Below are positions 1-11,163 of a stretch of 64,000 nt of DNA, one piece after another; the stretch's first letter is position 1; each line of letters begins with the position of its first letter. Source of the stretch: Thermodesulfobacteriota bacterium. GTDB lineage: Bacteria > Desulfobacterota > Desulfobulbia > Desulfobulbales > SURF-16. The stretch spans positions 96,001 to 160,000 of the forward strand of contig JBFMAY010000002.1 of NCBI GenBank assembly GCA_040755455.1, written 5' to 3'. Below the pieces are notes generated by a model, which had not been told where the DNA came from, did no database searches, and saw nothing but the letters and a program-made list of their open reading frames with translations. The position numbers and the translations under genes are program-made.

Positions 1-2664
1 GATGCCCTGAAAAAATCCTACCCGTATATCTATGTCATGCATTTCCATCTGCCCGACGGCGGTTCATTTCTGCGTATGCATAAGCCGGACTTCTATGGCG
101 ATGACCTCCGGCAAATACGATCCGCCGTGCAGGAAGTGCACCATAACCTCAAGCCTCTTTTTGGTTATGAAATCGGCATATACGGCGCATTTTACCGCAT
201 CATCCACCCGGTTTTTCATGAGGGCCGGTATGTGGGGGCAGTGGAGATCGGCATCCGAACCGACGAGATCGTCGATGAACTGCGCCGCGCCACCGCTAAA
301 GAGACATCAGCCTTTTTCTCCAACTCCTTCTGGGAGAAGGCATCCGGGAACCCGCAACACCATAAGGTTTTCGGGTCACATACCCTGGTGGAAGACAAGC
401 CGCTTATTGCGGAAATTCTCCCCGCCGACTTCACATTCGACAACGCCACGGAACAGATCGCCCACGATGGGCGCACTTACCTGATCCATATCCTGCAAGG
501 ATTTAAAAACTGCTTCCAGGAACCCATCGGCGGCATCATCGCCGTGCAGGACATCTCCCCGGAGATCGCGGAGAAAAAACACTTCATCATCCATTCTCTG
601 CTGATCACTGCAGGTCTGGGCGCCCTGTGCATCCTGTTTCTCTCCTTCAGTTTCCAGAACCTGATCGGCAATCTTGAAAAATCAAAAGAACTGCAGGGTA
701 TGCTGATTAACGAACTCAACAGGGAAATCGAGGTCAGGACAGAGACGGAAAAGGCCCTGACCATGAACGAAATAAGGCATCGCCACATCCTGAACAGCTT
801 ACCGGACAACATCTTCCTGATTGATCCGCATTTTGTCATCACCTGGGCCAATGAAACAGCTTTAAAGCTTGCCCCTGATTTTATCGGCAAAACCTGCGAC
901 TATTGCCGCCAAGCCGGAGATTTTCTCCGGGAGAACTGCCTGTGCAAACAATCCTTTGCCACCAAATCCATCCAGCGGGCCACCATTCACCTCCCTGCCA
1001 CGGATGAAGGCCGCCCCGAAGGCTATTATGAATTCATGGCCATTCCCCAGTTCCAGGACCAGGAACAGCTGACCGGATCACTGGTGGTCATGCGGGACAT
1101 CACCCAGCGGATCAAGACCGACCAGCAGATCGAAAAACTGAACCGCCAGAACCGGCTGCTGCTGGAATCCGCCGGCGAGGGGATTTACGGTGTCGACACC
1201 AAAGGACGAACCACCTTCATGAACCCGGCCGCAGTCAGGCTGACCGGCTTTACCGAGGCGGAAATGCTGGGCCAGAATCAGCATGAGCTGCTCCATCATA
1301 CAAAAGCTGACGGCAGCTGTTACGATGTCTGTGACTGTCCCGTCCATGCCACTCTTGCCACCAGCCAACCCCATTTTGTCACCGATGAGGTTTTCTGGAA
1401 AAAGGACGGCAGCAGCTTTCCGGTTGAATATATCGTCACGCCTGTCCTGGAGGACAACGCGGTCATCGGCGCGGTGGTGCTGTTCAATGATATCACCGCC
1501 CGAAAAACGCTGGAAAAACAGCTCCTGCATGCCCAGAAGATGGAGGCGGTCGGCCGTCTCACCAGCGGCATCGCCCATGATTTCAACAATCTTCTCACCA
1601 CTATTTTAGGTTACAGCGAACTGATCCTCCTGCAACTGAGCGAAGACGATCCGGCCCGGGACAAGATACAGATGATCAACCAGGCAGGCAGGATGGCCTC
1701 CGGGCTCACCCGCCAACTCCTCACCTTCAGCCGCAAACAGATTTTGGAGATCAAGACCATCAATCTCAACTCGGTCATCGACCGACTGACCAAGATGCTC
1801 AAAAGACTGATCGGCGAAAATATTACCCTTGATATCAAGTACCAATCGCCCGAATGCTTTATCCAGGCTGATGCGGGCCAGTGTGAACAGATTATCATGA
1901 ACCTGGCCATTAATGCCAAGGACGCCATGCCCCGGGGAGGCCGGCTGGGCATCAGTTCCGAGGTGGTTCATCTAGATACGGAAAAACACACCGGATTCGA
2001 CGATGTATTGTCAGGCTCCTATGTGCTGCTGCAGATAAGCGACACGGGTGAGGGCATGACCGAGGAAACGCAGAAGTTGATTTTCGAACCGTTTTTCACC
2101 ACCAAGGAACAGGGCAAGGGAACCGGCCTCGGCTTGGCCACCGTTTACGGCATCATCAAACAGCACAACGGATTTATTTCGGTGACCAGCGCACCGGGAC
2201 AGGGCACCACCTTTGACATTTACTTTCCCCTGTCACATGCCAAGCCGGACCTGGAGACTATCATGGCCGGCGATATGCTGCCCAGGGGAAACGAAACAAT
2301 CCTGGTGGTTGACGATACCCCGTCCATACGGCAATTCATCAGGGACGCCCTCGATCCGCTGGGATACAAGATCCTTGAAGCCCACAACGCCGAAGAGGCC
2401 CTCCGGTATCATGATGTCGGCGGCAAAACCATCGACCTGCTGCTGACCGATATGGTCATGCCGGGCCTGAGCGGCAAGGAACTGGCCCAGGCCATCCAAC
2501 CCTCCCAAAGGGCCATGAGAATTATATACATGTCAGGTCACATCAGTTCCGACCTGGGCGAGAATCAGATTGCCAGCGCCGGCATGAATTTCATCACCAA
2601 ACCTCTTTCAGCGCGGGAAATTGCCCTAAAGGTCAGAAACGTTCTCGACAGCCACCCTGCATAA
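1..2664 (+). CDS. Hybrid sensor histidine kinase (Cache-like sensor, TM, 2 PAS, HisKA/HATPase, receiver); 5'-truncated by window edge
   Basis: Frame is open from base 1 ([20 protein letters not shown]); H-box AHDFNNLL, N-box [11 protein letters not shown]-boxes DTGEGM and [15 protein letters not shown], receiver ILVVDD...TDMVMP...KP. Confidence 0.93.
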   Translation, partial: DALKKSYPYIYVMHFHLPDGGSFLRMHKPDFYGDDLRQIRSAVQEVHHNLKPLFGYEIGIYGAFYRIIHPVFHEGRYVGAVEIGIRTDEIVDELRRATAKETSAFFSNSFWEKASGNPQHHKVFGSHTLVEDKPLIAEILPADFTFDNATEQIAHDGRTYLIHILQGFKNCFQEPIGGIIAVQDISPEIAEKKHFIIHSLLITAGLGALCILFLSFSFQNLIGNLEKSKELQGMLINELNREIEVRTETEKALTMNEIRHRHILNSLPDNIFLIDPHFVITWANETALKLAPDFIGKTCDYCRQAGDFLRENCLCKQSFATKSIQRATIHLPATDEGRPEGYYEFMAIPQFQDQEQLTGSLVVMRDITQRIKTDQQIEKLNRQNRLLLESAGEGIYGVDTKGRTTFMNPAAVRLTGFTEAEMLGQNQHELLHHTKADGSCYDVCDCPVHATLATSQPHFVTDEVFWKKDGSSFPVEYIVTPVLEDNAVIGAVVLFNDITARKTLEKQLLHAQKMEAVGRLTSGIAHDFNNLLTTILGYSELILLQLSEDDPARDKIQMINQAGRMASGLTRQLLTFSRKQILEIKTINLNSVIDRLTKMLKRLIGENITLDIKYQSPECFIQADAGQCEQIIMNLAINAKDAMPRGGRLGISSEVVHLDTEKHTGFDDVLSGSYVLLQISDTGEGMTEETQKLIFEPFFTTKEQGKGTGLGLATVYGIIKQHNGFISVTSAPGQGTTFDIYFPLSHAKPDLETIMAGDMLPRGNETILVVDDTPSIRQFIRDALDPLGYKILEAHNAEEALRYHDVGGKTIDLLLTDMVMPGLSGKELAQAIQPSQRAMRIIYMSGHISSDLGENQIASAGMNFITKPLSAREIALKVRNVLDSHPA

Positions 2665-2721
2665 CGGCGCAATTTTTTTAGGCAAAATGGCCGGGGAACC
2701 TTCGGTCAAGCCACTGCCCTG

Positions 2722-3768
2722 TCACCACGGAGAATCTTCATCCAGATTCCCTCTGCTGGCGACTTTACCTTCAGGATAGCTGAAAACAAGGTGCTGCCGG
2801 CCCTTCTTCATGCGCAGCCCCCGGGAGAAATGCAGCCTTGCCCCGGTTTCCCCATGGGCCGCGACATGCAGAATCTGCTCAATTTTTTTAAATTGCGGCG
2901 CGCTCTGCAGCAAAATAAAAACCTTTTCCGCCATCCGCCTCTGCAGGGCCCGGTCCAGGGCAAGAAACGCAGCCAGCTCAACAGAGACAACAGGCAGCCT
3001 GTTGCCGGCATTGCCGGGCAACACCACGGCCATCTGTTCCCAGGAGGCGTCGGTCAACGCCGCCAGGACCTTCTCCTCATCCTGGAGCACCGCCGCCGTC
3101 TGCCGCAGGGTCTCGGAGATGTTAGGGTTAAAGCCACGCAGGTAGGGGATGAGATCGAGCCGTACCCGGTTACGCAGATATTGCCGCTCAAGATTTGAGC
3201 TGTCGGTGAGAAAGGGGATATGCCTTTCAGCAAGATAGGCCAGCAGCAGTTCTTTGGCCGTGGTCAGCAAAGGACGGATGATCTTGCCGTCGCGCATCAT
3301 TTTCATGCCGGCCAGCCCGCTTCGGCCCGTACCCCGGATAAGCCGCAGCAGCACCTCTTCGGCCTGATCATCCGCCGTGTGGGCCACCGCGATTTTCCCA
3401 GCCAAAAATTTTTCCGCCACCCGCCCGAAAAAATCATACCGCAGCTCCCGGGCGGCATGCTCAATGGAAATCTTCCTTTTTACCGCCTCTCCTTGCACGT
3501 CTATGCGGCAGGCGGCAAAAGACGCGCCCAGAGAAAGGGCCTGCTGCTCAACCAAACAGCCTTCCTTTTCCGCCTCAGCCGGCCGCAGCTGGTGATTGAC
3601 GTACACGGCTATGATCCTGATGCCGAGGGTGGGCGCCAGGGCGGCAAGCACATGGAGCAGGGCCATGGAGTCAGGCCCGCCGGAAACCCCGGCAACTACC
3701 ACCTCTCCTGCGGCGACAAGGCCCTCGGTCCTGACGACCGTCAGTATTTCTTTTTCCAAAGGATGCAT
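2722..3768 (-). CDS. tilS: tRNA(Ile)-lysidine synthetase
   Basis: PP-loop SGGPDS, AHTADDQAE, RPLL, RNRVR motifs; start taken at ATG of MHPLEKE. Confidence 0.95.
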   Translation of the reverse strand: MHPLEKEILTVVRTEGLVAAGEVVVAGVSGGPDSMALLHVLAALAPTLGIRIIAVYVNHQLRPAEAEKEGCLVEQQALSLGASFAACRIDVQGEAVKRKISIEHAARELRYDFFGRVAEKFLAGKIAVAHTADDQAEEVLLRLIRGTGRSGLAGMKMMRDGKIIRPLLTTAKELLLAYLAERHIPFLTDSSNLERQYLRNRVRLDLIPYLRGFNPNISETLRQTAAVLQDEEKVLAALTDASWEQMAVVLPGNAGNRLPVVSVELAAFLALDRALQRRMAEKVFILLQSAPQFKKIEQILHVAAHGETGARLHFSRGLRMKKGRQHLVFSYPEGKVASRGNLDEDSPW

Positions 3769-4102
3769 GGTTATAATTGACAATTCTTCATTGATAATTG
3801 ATAATTACACGATAAACTTTTTACTGTGTTGAGTTTTGGCCTCAGAGTTTCGAGTTGACTAAAGCGCTTTCTTCACGGTTTTCAGATCCAGGCTGTTCCG
3901 TACGGAAAAATGTCACGCAAACCGCTTCACCATGATGCGGCGGAATCGCAATGCAGCAGAAACAACGGATCAGCACACTTTACCTCACGAGATTACATGA
4001 GGTTAACAGCGCCGGCAATCATAACTCCATACTCGAAATCCAGAACTCCACCCGCCGATTTTCCAACTATACCATGCAAAGCAAACCAAAAGAGATAATA
4101 AT

Positions 4103-4972
4103 ATGAGAGTACGCAAAGCAGTGATTCCTGTTGCAGGTCTCGGTACACGTTTTCTGCCGGCAAGCAAGGCCATCCCCAAAGAGATGCTCACCGTGGTTGA
4201 CCGGCCCACCATCCAGTACATTGTCGAGGAGGCGGTCGCCTCGGGCATTGAAGAGGTCATCCTCATCACCAGTGAAGGCAAGGCTGCCATTGAAAACCAT
4301 TTTGACTATAATTTCCACCTTGACACCGTCTTGAACGCTAAGAAGAAAACCAAGCTGGCCGAAGAGATGCGCCACCTGTCAAATCTCATCGATATTGTTT
4401 CCGTGCGCCAGAAAAAGCCCCTGGGCCTGGGCCATGCCATCTGGACCGCCAGAAGCGTGGTGGGCCAGGAGCCGTTTGTCGTGCTCCTCGGCGATGACCT
4501 GGTGCTGAGCGAGCCGCCATGCACCAAACAGATGATCGACCTGTTCAATGAAGTGCAGGAATCGGTAGTGGCCGTGCAGCGGGTGCCCATTGAGGATACA
4601 TTTCAGTACGGCATCGTCGAAGGCAAACATTTAAGCAAGCGGGTCATCAAGGTCGACCGCATGATGGAAAAACCGGCGCCCGGCACCACCATGTCGGACA
4701 TGGCCATTATCGGCCGCTATATCCTGCAGCCCGACATCTTTGACATACTGGAGAAGACCACCCCCGGGCATGGCGGAGAAATCCAGCTCACCGACGCCCT
4801 GCTTGCCCTGACAAACAAGAGAGGCATGTACGCCTTTGAATTTGACGGCACCCGTTTCGACGCCGGAGACAAACTGGGCTACCTCAAGGCGATCATCGCC
4901 TTTGCCCTGCGCCATCCTGATCTCTGTGAAGATTTCAGCGAGCATCTCAAGGAAGTCGCCTCCCACTTATGA
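4103..4972 (+). CDS. galU: UTP--glucose-1-phosphate uridylyltransferase
   Basis: KAVIPVAGLGTRFLPASKAIPKEML, GLGHA, GEIQLTDA motifs. Confidence 0.97.
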   Translation: MRVRKAVIPVAGLGTRFLPASKAIPKEMLTVVDRPTIQYIVEEAVASGIEEVILITSEGKAAIENHFDYNFHLDTVLNAKKKTKLAEEMRHLSNLIDIVSVRQKKPLGLGHAIWTARSVVGQEPFVVLLGDDLVLSEPPCTKQMIDLFNEVQESVVAVQRVPIEDTFQYGIVEGKHLSKRVIKVDRMMEKPAPGTTMSDMAIIGRYILQPDIFDILEKTTPGHGGEIQLTDALLALTNKRGMYAFEFDGTRFDAGDKLGYLKAIIAFALRHPDLCEDFSEHLKEVASHL

Positions 4973-7425
4973 TCCACCTGGAAGTGGCGGTGGCTGCCCC
5001 GGTCACCGAGACTCTTACCTACAGTTTTCCGGCTGCGGATGCCGCGCAGCTTGATGTGGGGACGAGATTGCTCGTCCCCCTGGGGCGCAGGCAGGTCACC
5101 GGTTACCTGCTGGCCATAAGGCCTGCCGGTGCGGCGCCTTACCAGATAAAACCGGTGACTGAGGTCCTGGACGGCAAACCCCTTTTCCCGGCAGGCATGA
5201 TCCCCTTTTTCCGCTGGATCGCCTCCTATTACCGCTATCCCCTGGGAGAGGTCATTAAAATCGCCCTGCCGGGCGGCCTGACCCAGCAGAGTGAACGTCA
5301 TGTAAGCCTTACCGCCTCAGGCAGAGAGGTGCTGGCGGATTTTCATGCCGCCCATGGGGCAGACTCCCCTGCCTGGCTGGCCGAGCTGACGGCCCGAGGC
5401 ACCCTTTCCCCGGCCCGGGTCCGTCCCATCTGGCGCTCGGGCAAATGGCGGAGGCTGCTCGAGACATGGCACAACGACGGCCATGTCACCATCAGCGAAG
5501 CCGTCAGCGCCACCCGCGCCAAGGCCAAGACCGAAATCTGCGCCGGGCCTGGACAAAATGCCTCAGCCCTTACCGAGGCCCGGCTGCAAACATCTGAAAA
5601 AAAGACCATGACCCTGCTGCAGGAACTGCTCGGCAATCGTTTCCCGCTAATGGTCCCGGTAAAAGAACTGAACCATATTTACAGCGGGGCAGGCCGGGCG
5701 CTCAAGTCCCTTGCCGACAAAGGTTTTATTTGCCTGCAGGAACAGCAGGTTTTCCGTGATCCCTTCGGCGAGGAACCACCCTTTTTCCCGGAACCACCCC
5801 AGCTCTCCCCGGAGCAGGAGTCGGTGCTGGCCGAACTGCTGCCGGCCATCGGCCGGAAATCATTTACCCCCTTTCTGCTTTTCGGGGTGACGGGCAGCGG
5901 CAAAACGGAAATCTATCTGCAGGCGGCCCGCAAGGTTCTTGCCGAAAAGCGGAGCGTGCTGGTGCTGGTGCCGGAGATTGCCCTGGCCAGCCAGCTAGAG
6001 GCCCATTTCTTCTCCCGCTTCGGCAGGACCGTGGCCCTGCTGCACAGCGGGCTCAGCCAGGGGGAACGCTTTGATCAATGGCACCAGATCATGGGCGGCC
6101 AGGCCCAGATTGTCATCGGCGCCCGCTCGGCCATCTTTGCCCCACTCACCGATCCAGGGCTCATCATTGTCGATGAAGAACATGACAGCGCCTATAAACA
6201 GGAAGACACCTTGCGTTACCAGGCGCGGGATCTGGCGGTGCTGCGGGGAAAACTGCAGCAGTGCCCGGTGCTGCTCGGTTCGGCCACTCCATCGCTGACC
6301 TCCTTCCACCACGCCTCCAGCGGCAAATATCAGCTTCTCACTCTGACAAAGCGTATCGAAGACAGGCCCCTGCCGACAGTTTCCATTGTCGACCTGCGCC
6401 TGCCCCGCAAGGAAACGGGCGGTCACCCTTTTTTCTCCCGGCCGCTTCTTGAGGCAATAAAGGATAATCTGGCCCAGGGGGATCAGAGCATCATCTTTTT
6501 AAACCGGCGCGGTTACGCCAATCTCATGATCTGCGATGATTGCGGCAACCCGGTCAAATGCCTGCACTGCGACATTTCCCTTACCCTGCATAAGAGCGAA
6601 AAAATCCTCTCCTGCCATTACTGCGGCTTTCAGGCCAGAAGCCCCATCATCTGCCCCTCCTGCCGTTCGGCGCGGGTGAAGGAAATCGGCTTCGGCACGG
6701 AGCGGGTGGAGGAGGCGCTCAGAGAACTGTTCCCCCAGGCCCGTATTGCCCGGCTCGATCGTGACACGTCAACAAACCGCAAAGAATTTCTCAAAATCCT
6801 CAAATCGGTCCATCAACAGGAAACTGACATCCTGGTGGGCACCCAGATGATCACCAAAGGCCATCACTTTCCCCATGTCACCCTGGTAGGGGTCATCTGG
6901 GCCGATGCCGGACTGGGCATGCCCGACTTCAAGGCGGGGGAACGCACCTTTCAGCTTATCTCCCAGGTGACGGGCCGGGCGGGGCGGGGCGACAAGCCAG
7001 GCCGGGTCATTATCCAGACCCACCAGCCTGACCACTACTCCATTACCAATGCGGAGCATCACGATTACCGCGGTTTTTACGAAAAAGAGCTGCGGTTGCG
7101 GCAGGCCCTGCAGTACCCCCCTTTTTCCCGGCTTATCAACCTGCGTTTTGCCGGAGACAATGAGGAGCTTGTCCGCAGCGCGGCAACCCATACCGCCCAG
7201 CAGGCACGGCCACTGGCGGAAATTTCCCGGCTCAGCCTGCTGGGGCCTGCGGCAGCCCCTCTGGCCAGAATCAGAGACAAATACCGCTGGCAGCTCCTGG
7301 TGAAAGGAACAGACAGCAAGGCCCTGCACATGCTGTGCGACGGTCTTGCCGCCCATCCCGTTCCCCCTGTCCGTACCGCAAAAGTCACAATGGTGGTGGA
7401 CGTGGACCCCGAAAGCATGCTATAA
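4969..7425 (+). CDS. priA: Primosomal protein N' (replication restart helicase)
   Basis: GVTGSGKTE, DEEHD, four CxxC zinc pairs, QVTGRAGR, C-terminal VDVDP; ATGA overlap with galU stop. Confidence 0.97.
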   Translation: MIHLEVAVAAPVTETLTYSFPAADAAQLDVGTRLLVPLGRRQVTGYLLAIRPAGAAPYQIKPVTEVLDGKPLFPAGMIPFFRWIASYYRYPLGEVIKIALPGGLTQQSERHVSLTASGREVLADFHAAHGADSPAWLAELTARGTLSPARVRPIWRSGKWRRLLETWHNDGHVTISEAVSATRAKAKTEICAGPGQNASALTEARLQTSEKKTMTLLQELLGNRFPLMVPVKELNHIYSGAGRALKSLADKGFICLQEQQVFRDPFGEEPPFFPEPPQLSPEQESVLAELLPAIGRKSFTPFLLFGVTGSGKTEIYLQAARKVLAEKRSVLVLVPEIALASQLEAHFFSRFGRTVALLHSGLSQGERFDQWHQIMGGQAQIVIGARSAIFAPLTDPGLIIVDEEHDSAYKQEDTLRYQARDLAVLRGKLQQCPVLLGSATPSLTSFHHASSGKYQLLTLTKRIEDRPLPTVSIVDLRLPRKETGGHPFFSRPLLEAIKDNLAQGDQSIIFLNRRGYANLMICDDCGNPVKCLHCDISLTLHKSEKILSCHYCGFQARSPIICPSCRSARVKEIGFGTERVEEALRELFPQARIARLDRDTSTNRKEFLKILKSVHQQETDILVGTQMITKGHHFPHVTLVGVIWADAGLGMPDFKAGERTFQLISQVTGRAGRGDKPGRVIIQTHQPDHYSITNAEHHDYRGFYEKELRLRQALQYPPFSRLINLRFAGDNEELVRSAATHTAQQARPLAEISRLSLLGPAAAPLARIRDKYRWQLLVKGTDSKALHMLCDGLAAHPVPPVRTAKVTMVVDVDPESML

Positions 7426-7569
7426 AGGCCATGCGATTTTTCGCCCATAAATCCGGTGGCGGTCATGCAAGTTATTGCTTGAAGCCGCTGCTGCTTTCTG
7501 TTAAAAATTTTTCCTGTTATTTACAGGCCATAGTCACTCTTACTTTTAAACTCAAACGATAACGATACC

Positions 7570-8034
7570 ATGCACGCTTCTTTCACTTCATCAAGACTTG
7601 TTCTCTTTGCCCTGCTCGCCATCGTATTTTTTATTGCCGGCTGCTCGGATGAGAAGAAGGAGACACAACAACCCGCAGCCGTTCAACAGAAATCCATATT
7701 TACGCAGGAGCCCGCCGCTCCATTCCGCTCCATTACGGTTGCCGAGGCAAAAGCACTGATTGAGAAACGGCCGGACATCGTGATTCTGGACATCCGCACC
7801 CCCGAGGAACTCAGGGAAGGGGCAATTGAGGGGTCCACGCTGGTGCCGTTCTGGGCCATCATGCAGAACAAACTCAAACTGCCGAAAGAGACGCCGATCG
7901 TGCTTGTCTGCGCGGTGGGGGGCCGAAGTTATGCGGCAGGCCAGATGCTGGTTAAATACGGCTACAAGGAAGTTTATAATGTCAGCGGCGGTCTTGTCGC
8001 CTGGAAGGAAGCCGGGCTCCCGGTGAAGTACTAA
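7570..8034 (+). CDS. Rhodanese-like domain lipoprotein
   Basis: Lipobox IAGC; LDIRTPEE, active loop CAVGGRS, GGLVAW. Confidence 0.85.
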   Translation: MHASFTSSRLVLFALLAIVFFIAGCSDEKKETQQPAAVQQKSIFTQEPAAPFRSITVAEAKALIEKRPDIVILDIRTPEELREGAIEGSTLVPFWAIMQNKLKLPKETPIVLVCAVGGRSYAAGQMLVKYGYKEVYNVSGGLVAWKEAGLPVKY

Positions 8035-8143
8035 AAAAACCGGCAAAACTGCTCATGGGTCCCCTGGTACCGACGCAGCAGGGAGTTGCCCGCGCCCTGT
8101 TCCACGCTGACAAACGGGCAGAAAATCGACAGGAAGTGAAATC

Positions 8144-8190
8144 AAAAAAGCCCCCGCATCCGCCGCGGATGACAGGGGCTTTTGTTGTTT
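8144..8190. terminator. Probable bidirectional intrinsic terminator
   Basis: aaaaaagcccc...ggggctttt GC hairpin with A and T tracts between convergent genes. Confidence 0.75.
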
Positions 8191-8205
8191 CCTGGCAGGA
8201 CTGTA

Positions 8206-9156
8206 TTAAAACTTGAAGGTCAGCATGGCATCGATCAGGATCCTTTCATCGAGCAATGTTTCCTCATTGTCCGTCAGCGGGAACTCATAGGCCGCCCCGA
8301 TGTCAAGCCACTGGGTGATACGGAAACGAGCACCAAGGGCCATGGTTACCAGATCCTTGTTATCGTCGTTGTATTCGCCGCCGAGATTGATGATATCGCA
8401 GGGATTAAAGGTGGCAATCGCCGCCACCAGATCCGCCTGGTTTTCGACATCCCCCAGGTCCCGGTCACCGGCGCTCAGCACATGGAAATGATTGAGCTCC
8501 ACCAGCGGCCTGAACCAGTCGGTCACGGCATAGCTCACATTCCATGAATCATAGAGCATGGTGTTTTCCTCATCACTGTCAAAGGGAAGGACAAAACCCA
8601 CCGTGCCGGAAAACTGCAGCTGATCCCAGCCCTTGAGGAAGAGAATGGCCGGGGCCACATTGCCGCTGCCGTTCCCCTGGTAAACCTCGCTCTCGCCACT
8701 GGTACTTTCATAGACCAGGCGGCCGCTCACGATGAAATCCTGGGCCGGATTATAGATGAAGGAATACTGGAGGCCGGCGGCAATATCCAACCAGCCGCTG
8801 TGGTCATCCAGGGTCTCGTCTGGCTCACAGTCCACATAGCCGTCCTTTACCGCCACCAGCGAGAAGCGTTCATTAAAGGCGTAACTGAACTGCAGGGCCG
8901 CGCCATCCACATCGCCCCCCAGATCCACCTTGGCTTTCGTGCCGCCGATATTCACCTTGATCTTGTCCGGCAGTGACTGGGTTAACAGAATGGGCCGCAC
9001 CATCGTCACATTGCGGGCATCGCCGTTATATACCGGGTTGCTCACCGGCATCTGAAAACGGTCAAAATCCTCCGCCGCCGCCATCTGCGGCACGGAAAGC
9101 GCCACAAACAGCAGGGTTCCTACGCTGCAAGCTGTTGTTGTCATTCTTTTCGTCAT
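8206..9156 (-). CDS. Exported hypothetical protein, probable outer-membrane beta-barrel
   Basis: Signal peptide ending AAA, alternating amphipathic strands, C-terminal aromatic residue (LTFKF). Confidence 0.7.
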   Translation of the reverse strand: MTKRMTTTACSVGTLLFVALSVPQMAAAEDFDRFQMPVSNPVYNGDARNVTMVRPILLTQSLPDKIKVNIGGTKAKVDLGGDVDGAALQFSYAFNERFSLVAVKDGYVDCEPDETLDDHSGWLDIAAGLQYSFIYNPAQDFIVSGRLVYESTSGESEVYQGNGSGNVAPAILFLKGWDQLQFSGTVGFVLPFDSDEENTMLYDSWNVSYAVTDWFRPLVELNHFHVLSAGDRDLGDVENQADLVAAIATFNPCDIINLGGEYNDDNKDLVTMALGARFRITQWLDIGAAYEFPLTDNEETLLDERILIDAMLTFKF

Positions 9157-9402
9157 GGTCTCACCTTACACTCCTCATATTATTGATAATGCCAGCTTGA
9201 AGCCCTCCGCCTCAAACCGCCACTGCAAAAAACCGGCTCAATCCGTCTTTGCTGCCGGGAGCTTTCATTGCTCAGATATTCACCAGCGCTGCAAGGGTAA
9301 TCCGTTACAAATGACATCCAGCTTGACCTCAGCAGCCACAATGCTTAATTATAATAATAATTTTTATTGTGGAAATACGCACTAGCTAGGTAAAAGTACC
9401 TA

Positions 9403-9431
9403 ATGATATTGTATCCACCCAGTGCCGTCAA
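9403..9431 (-). promoter_or_regulatory. Putative sigma70 promoter for the beta-barrel gene
   Basis: Minus strand TTGACG-N17-TATCAT. Confidence 0.5.
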
Positions 9432-9689
9432 GGGCAAATTGGCAATATTTTTTGTTTTCTTCGCGAAATAGATACCAGCAACAAGCCCTATTCCGCATTT
9501 TTCGTCAACCACTGGCACAACCGGGTGAAATTGCACAGCGCGACTACGGCTGCAAAAACCGAAAACAGGGTCGCCATTGTCCTTCATTTTCTTTAATTTC
9601 TGTTTTTTTCTAGTGCTCGCGGTAAAAAAAAGTTACATTTACAATTGAGTTACTGTGATAATTAAATCAATAACATCAACCTGGTAAAA

Positions 9690-10223
9690 ATGGCAATACG
9701 AGAAATTTTAAAATATCCAAATCCCCTGCTGCGCAAAAAAGCCAGCCCGGTAACCGAATTCAATACCCAGCTCAAGGAACTGATCGCCGACATGGCAGAA
9801 ACCATGTACGCTGCCCCGGGAGTCGGTCTGGCGGCAAACCAGATAGGGGTGCTGAAGCAGATTGTCGTGGTGGATGTCAGCCCCAAGGAGGAAAAAAACA
9901 GGCTGATCCCGCTGATCAATCCGGAAATCCTGGAGGGTGAAGGTTCGGTGATTGACGAGGAAGGCTGTTTAAGCGTGGTGGATTACTCCGCCAATGTGGA
10001 GCGCTTTTCCCATATCAAGGTGCAGGCCCGGGACCTGGAAGGCCGAGCGATTCAATTTGAGGCAGAGGGCTGGTTTGCCAGGGTTATCCAGCATGAGATC
10101 GATCACCTGGACGGCAAACTCTTCATCGACCATCTCAGCTCCCTGAAGCGGGCCCTGTACAAGAAAAAACGCCGAAAGCAGCTCAAAGAGGAAGAGGAAG
10201 AGGCGACGCAAGATGATCGATAA
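9690..10223 (+). CDS. def: Peptide deformylase
   Basis: GVGLAANQIG, EGCLS, QHEIDHLDG. Confidence 0.98.
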   Translation: MAIREILKYPNPLLRKKASPVTEFNTQLKELIADMAETMYAAPGVGLAANQIGVLKQIVVVDVSPKEEKNRLIPLINPEILEGEGSVIDEEGCLSVVDYSANVERFSHIKVQARDLEGRAIQFEAEGWFARVIQHEIDHLDGKLFIDHLSSLKRALYKKKRRKQLKEEEEEATQDDR

Positions 10224-11163
10224 AATCAGCCGCATTATTTTCATGGGCACGCCGGACTTTGCCGTTCCCAGCCTGCAGGCCCTTCTCGACCACAAGGAAA
10301 ATGTGGTGGCGGTGGTGACCCAGCCTGACCGCCCCAAGGGAAGAGGAAGAAAACTGACCCCGCCTCCGGTCAAGGTCCTTGCCGAACATGCCGGAATTCC
10401 CGTGCTGCAGCCGACAAAAATCAAAACCGAGGAATATCTCGACACCATCCGGGAACTTGCCCCTGACCTGATTATCGTCACCGCCTACGGCAGAATTCTG
10501 CCGGGGCCCCTGCTGCGCCTGCCCCCGCTGGGCACAATCAACGTGCATGGCTCCCTGCTCCCCAGATACCGTGGCGCCGCGCCCGTCCAGCGGGCCATTC
10601 TGGCAGGCGAGCGGGAAACCGGCATCACCATCATGCAGATGGATGAAGGGATGGACACGGGCGACATCCTCCTGCAGGACAGCCTGCTCATCAAAGCAGA
10701 TGACACCTCGGCAACCCTGGCGGCGAAAATGTCCCGGCTCGGCGGCCGGCTGCTTGTCGAGGCCCTGGAACTGCTGCGCAAGGATGAACTCACCCCGGCC
10801 AGGCAGGACAATCATCTGGCCACCGAGGCCCCGCCGCTCAATAAAGAGGAGGCGGAAATCGACTGGACCAGATCAGCTTTTGCCATCAGCTGCCAGATCC
10901 GGGGCCTTGATCCATGGCCTCTGGCCCACACCGAGTACGACGGGCAGCTCCTTCGCCTTTTCAGCCCAACCGTCATCAGCGGGGAACCGACGGAACCGCC
11001 GGGCACGCTGTGCCGCATTGACCGGGATGGCATGATGATCGCCACGGGTCACGATTATCTCCTGGTGCGGGAAGTGCAGCGGGAGGGCGCCAACCGCATG
11101 ACTGTTCAGGCCTTTCTGCAGGGCAGACCGCTGAAGACCGGCGTACGGTTCGGGATAAAATGA
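10213..11163 (+). CDS. fmt: Methionyl-tRNA formyltransferase
   Basis: FMGTPDFAV, TQPDRPKGRG, NVHGSLLPRYRGAAP; follows def. Confidence 0.98.
   Translation: MIDKISRIIFMGTPDFAVPSLQALLDHKENVVAVVTQPDRPKGRGRKLTPPPVKVLAEHAGIPVLQPTKIKTEEYLDTIRELAPDLIIVTAYGRILPGPLLRLPPLGTINVHGSLLPRYRGAAPVQRAILAGERETGITIMQMDEGMDTGDILLQDSLLIKADDTSATLAAKMSRLGGRLLVEALELLRKDELTPARQDNHLATEAPPLNKEEAEIDWTRSAFAISCQIRGLDPWPLAHTEYDGQLLRLFSPTVISGEPTEPPGTLCRIDRDGMMIATGHDYLLVREVQREGANRMTVQAFLQGRPLKTGVRFGIK

Noticed and set aside
3771..3815. ttgataa heptamer repeats upstream of tilS
   Set aside because: Short degenerate simple repeat with no evidence of function
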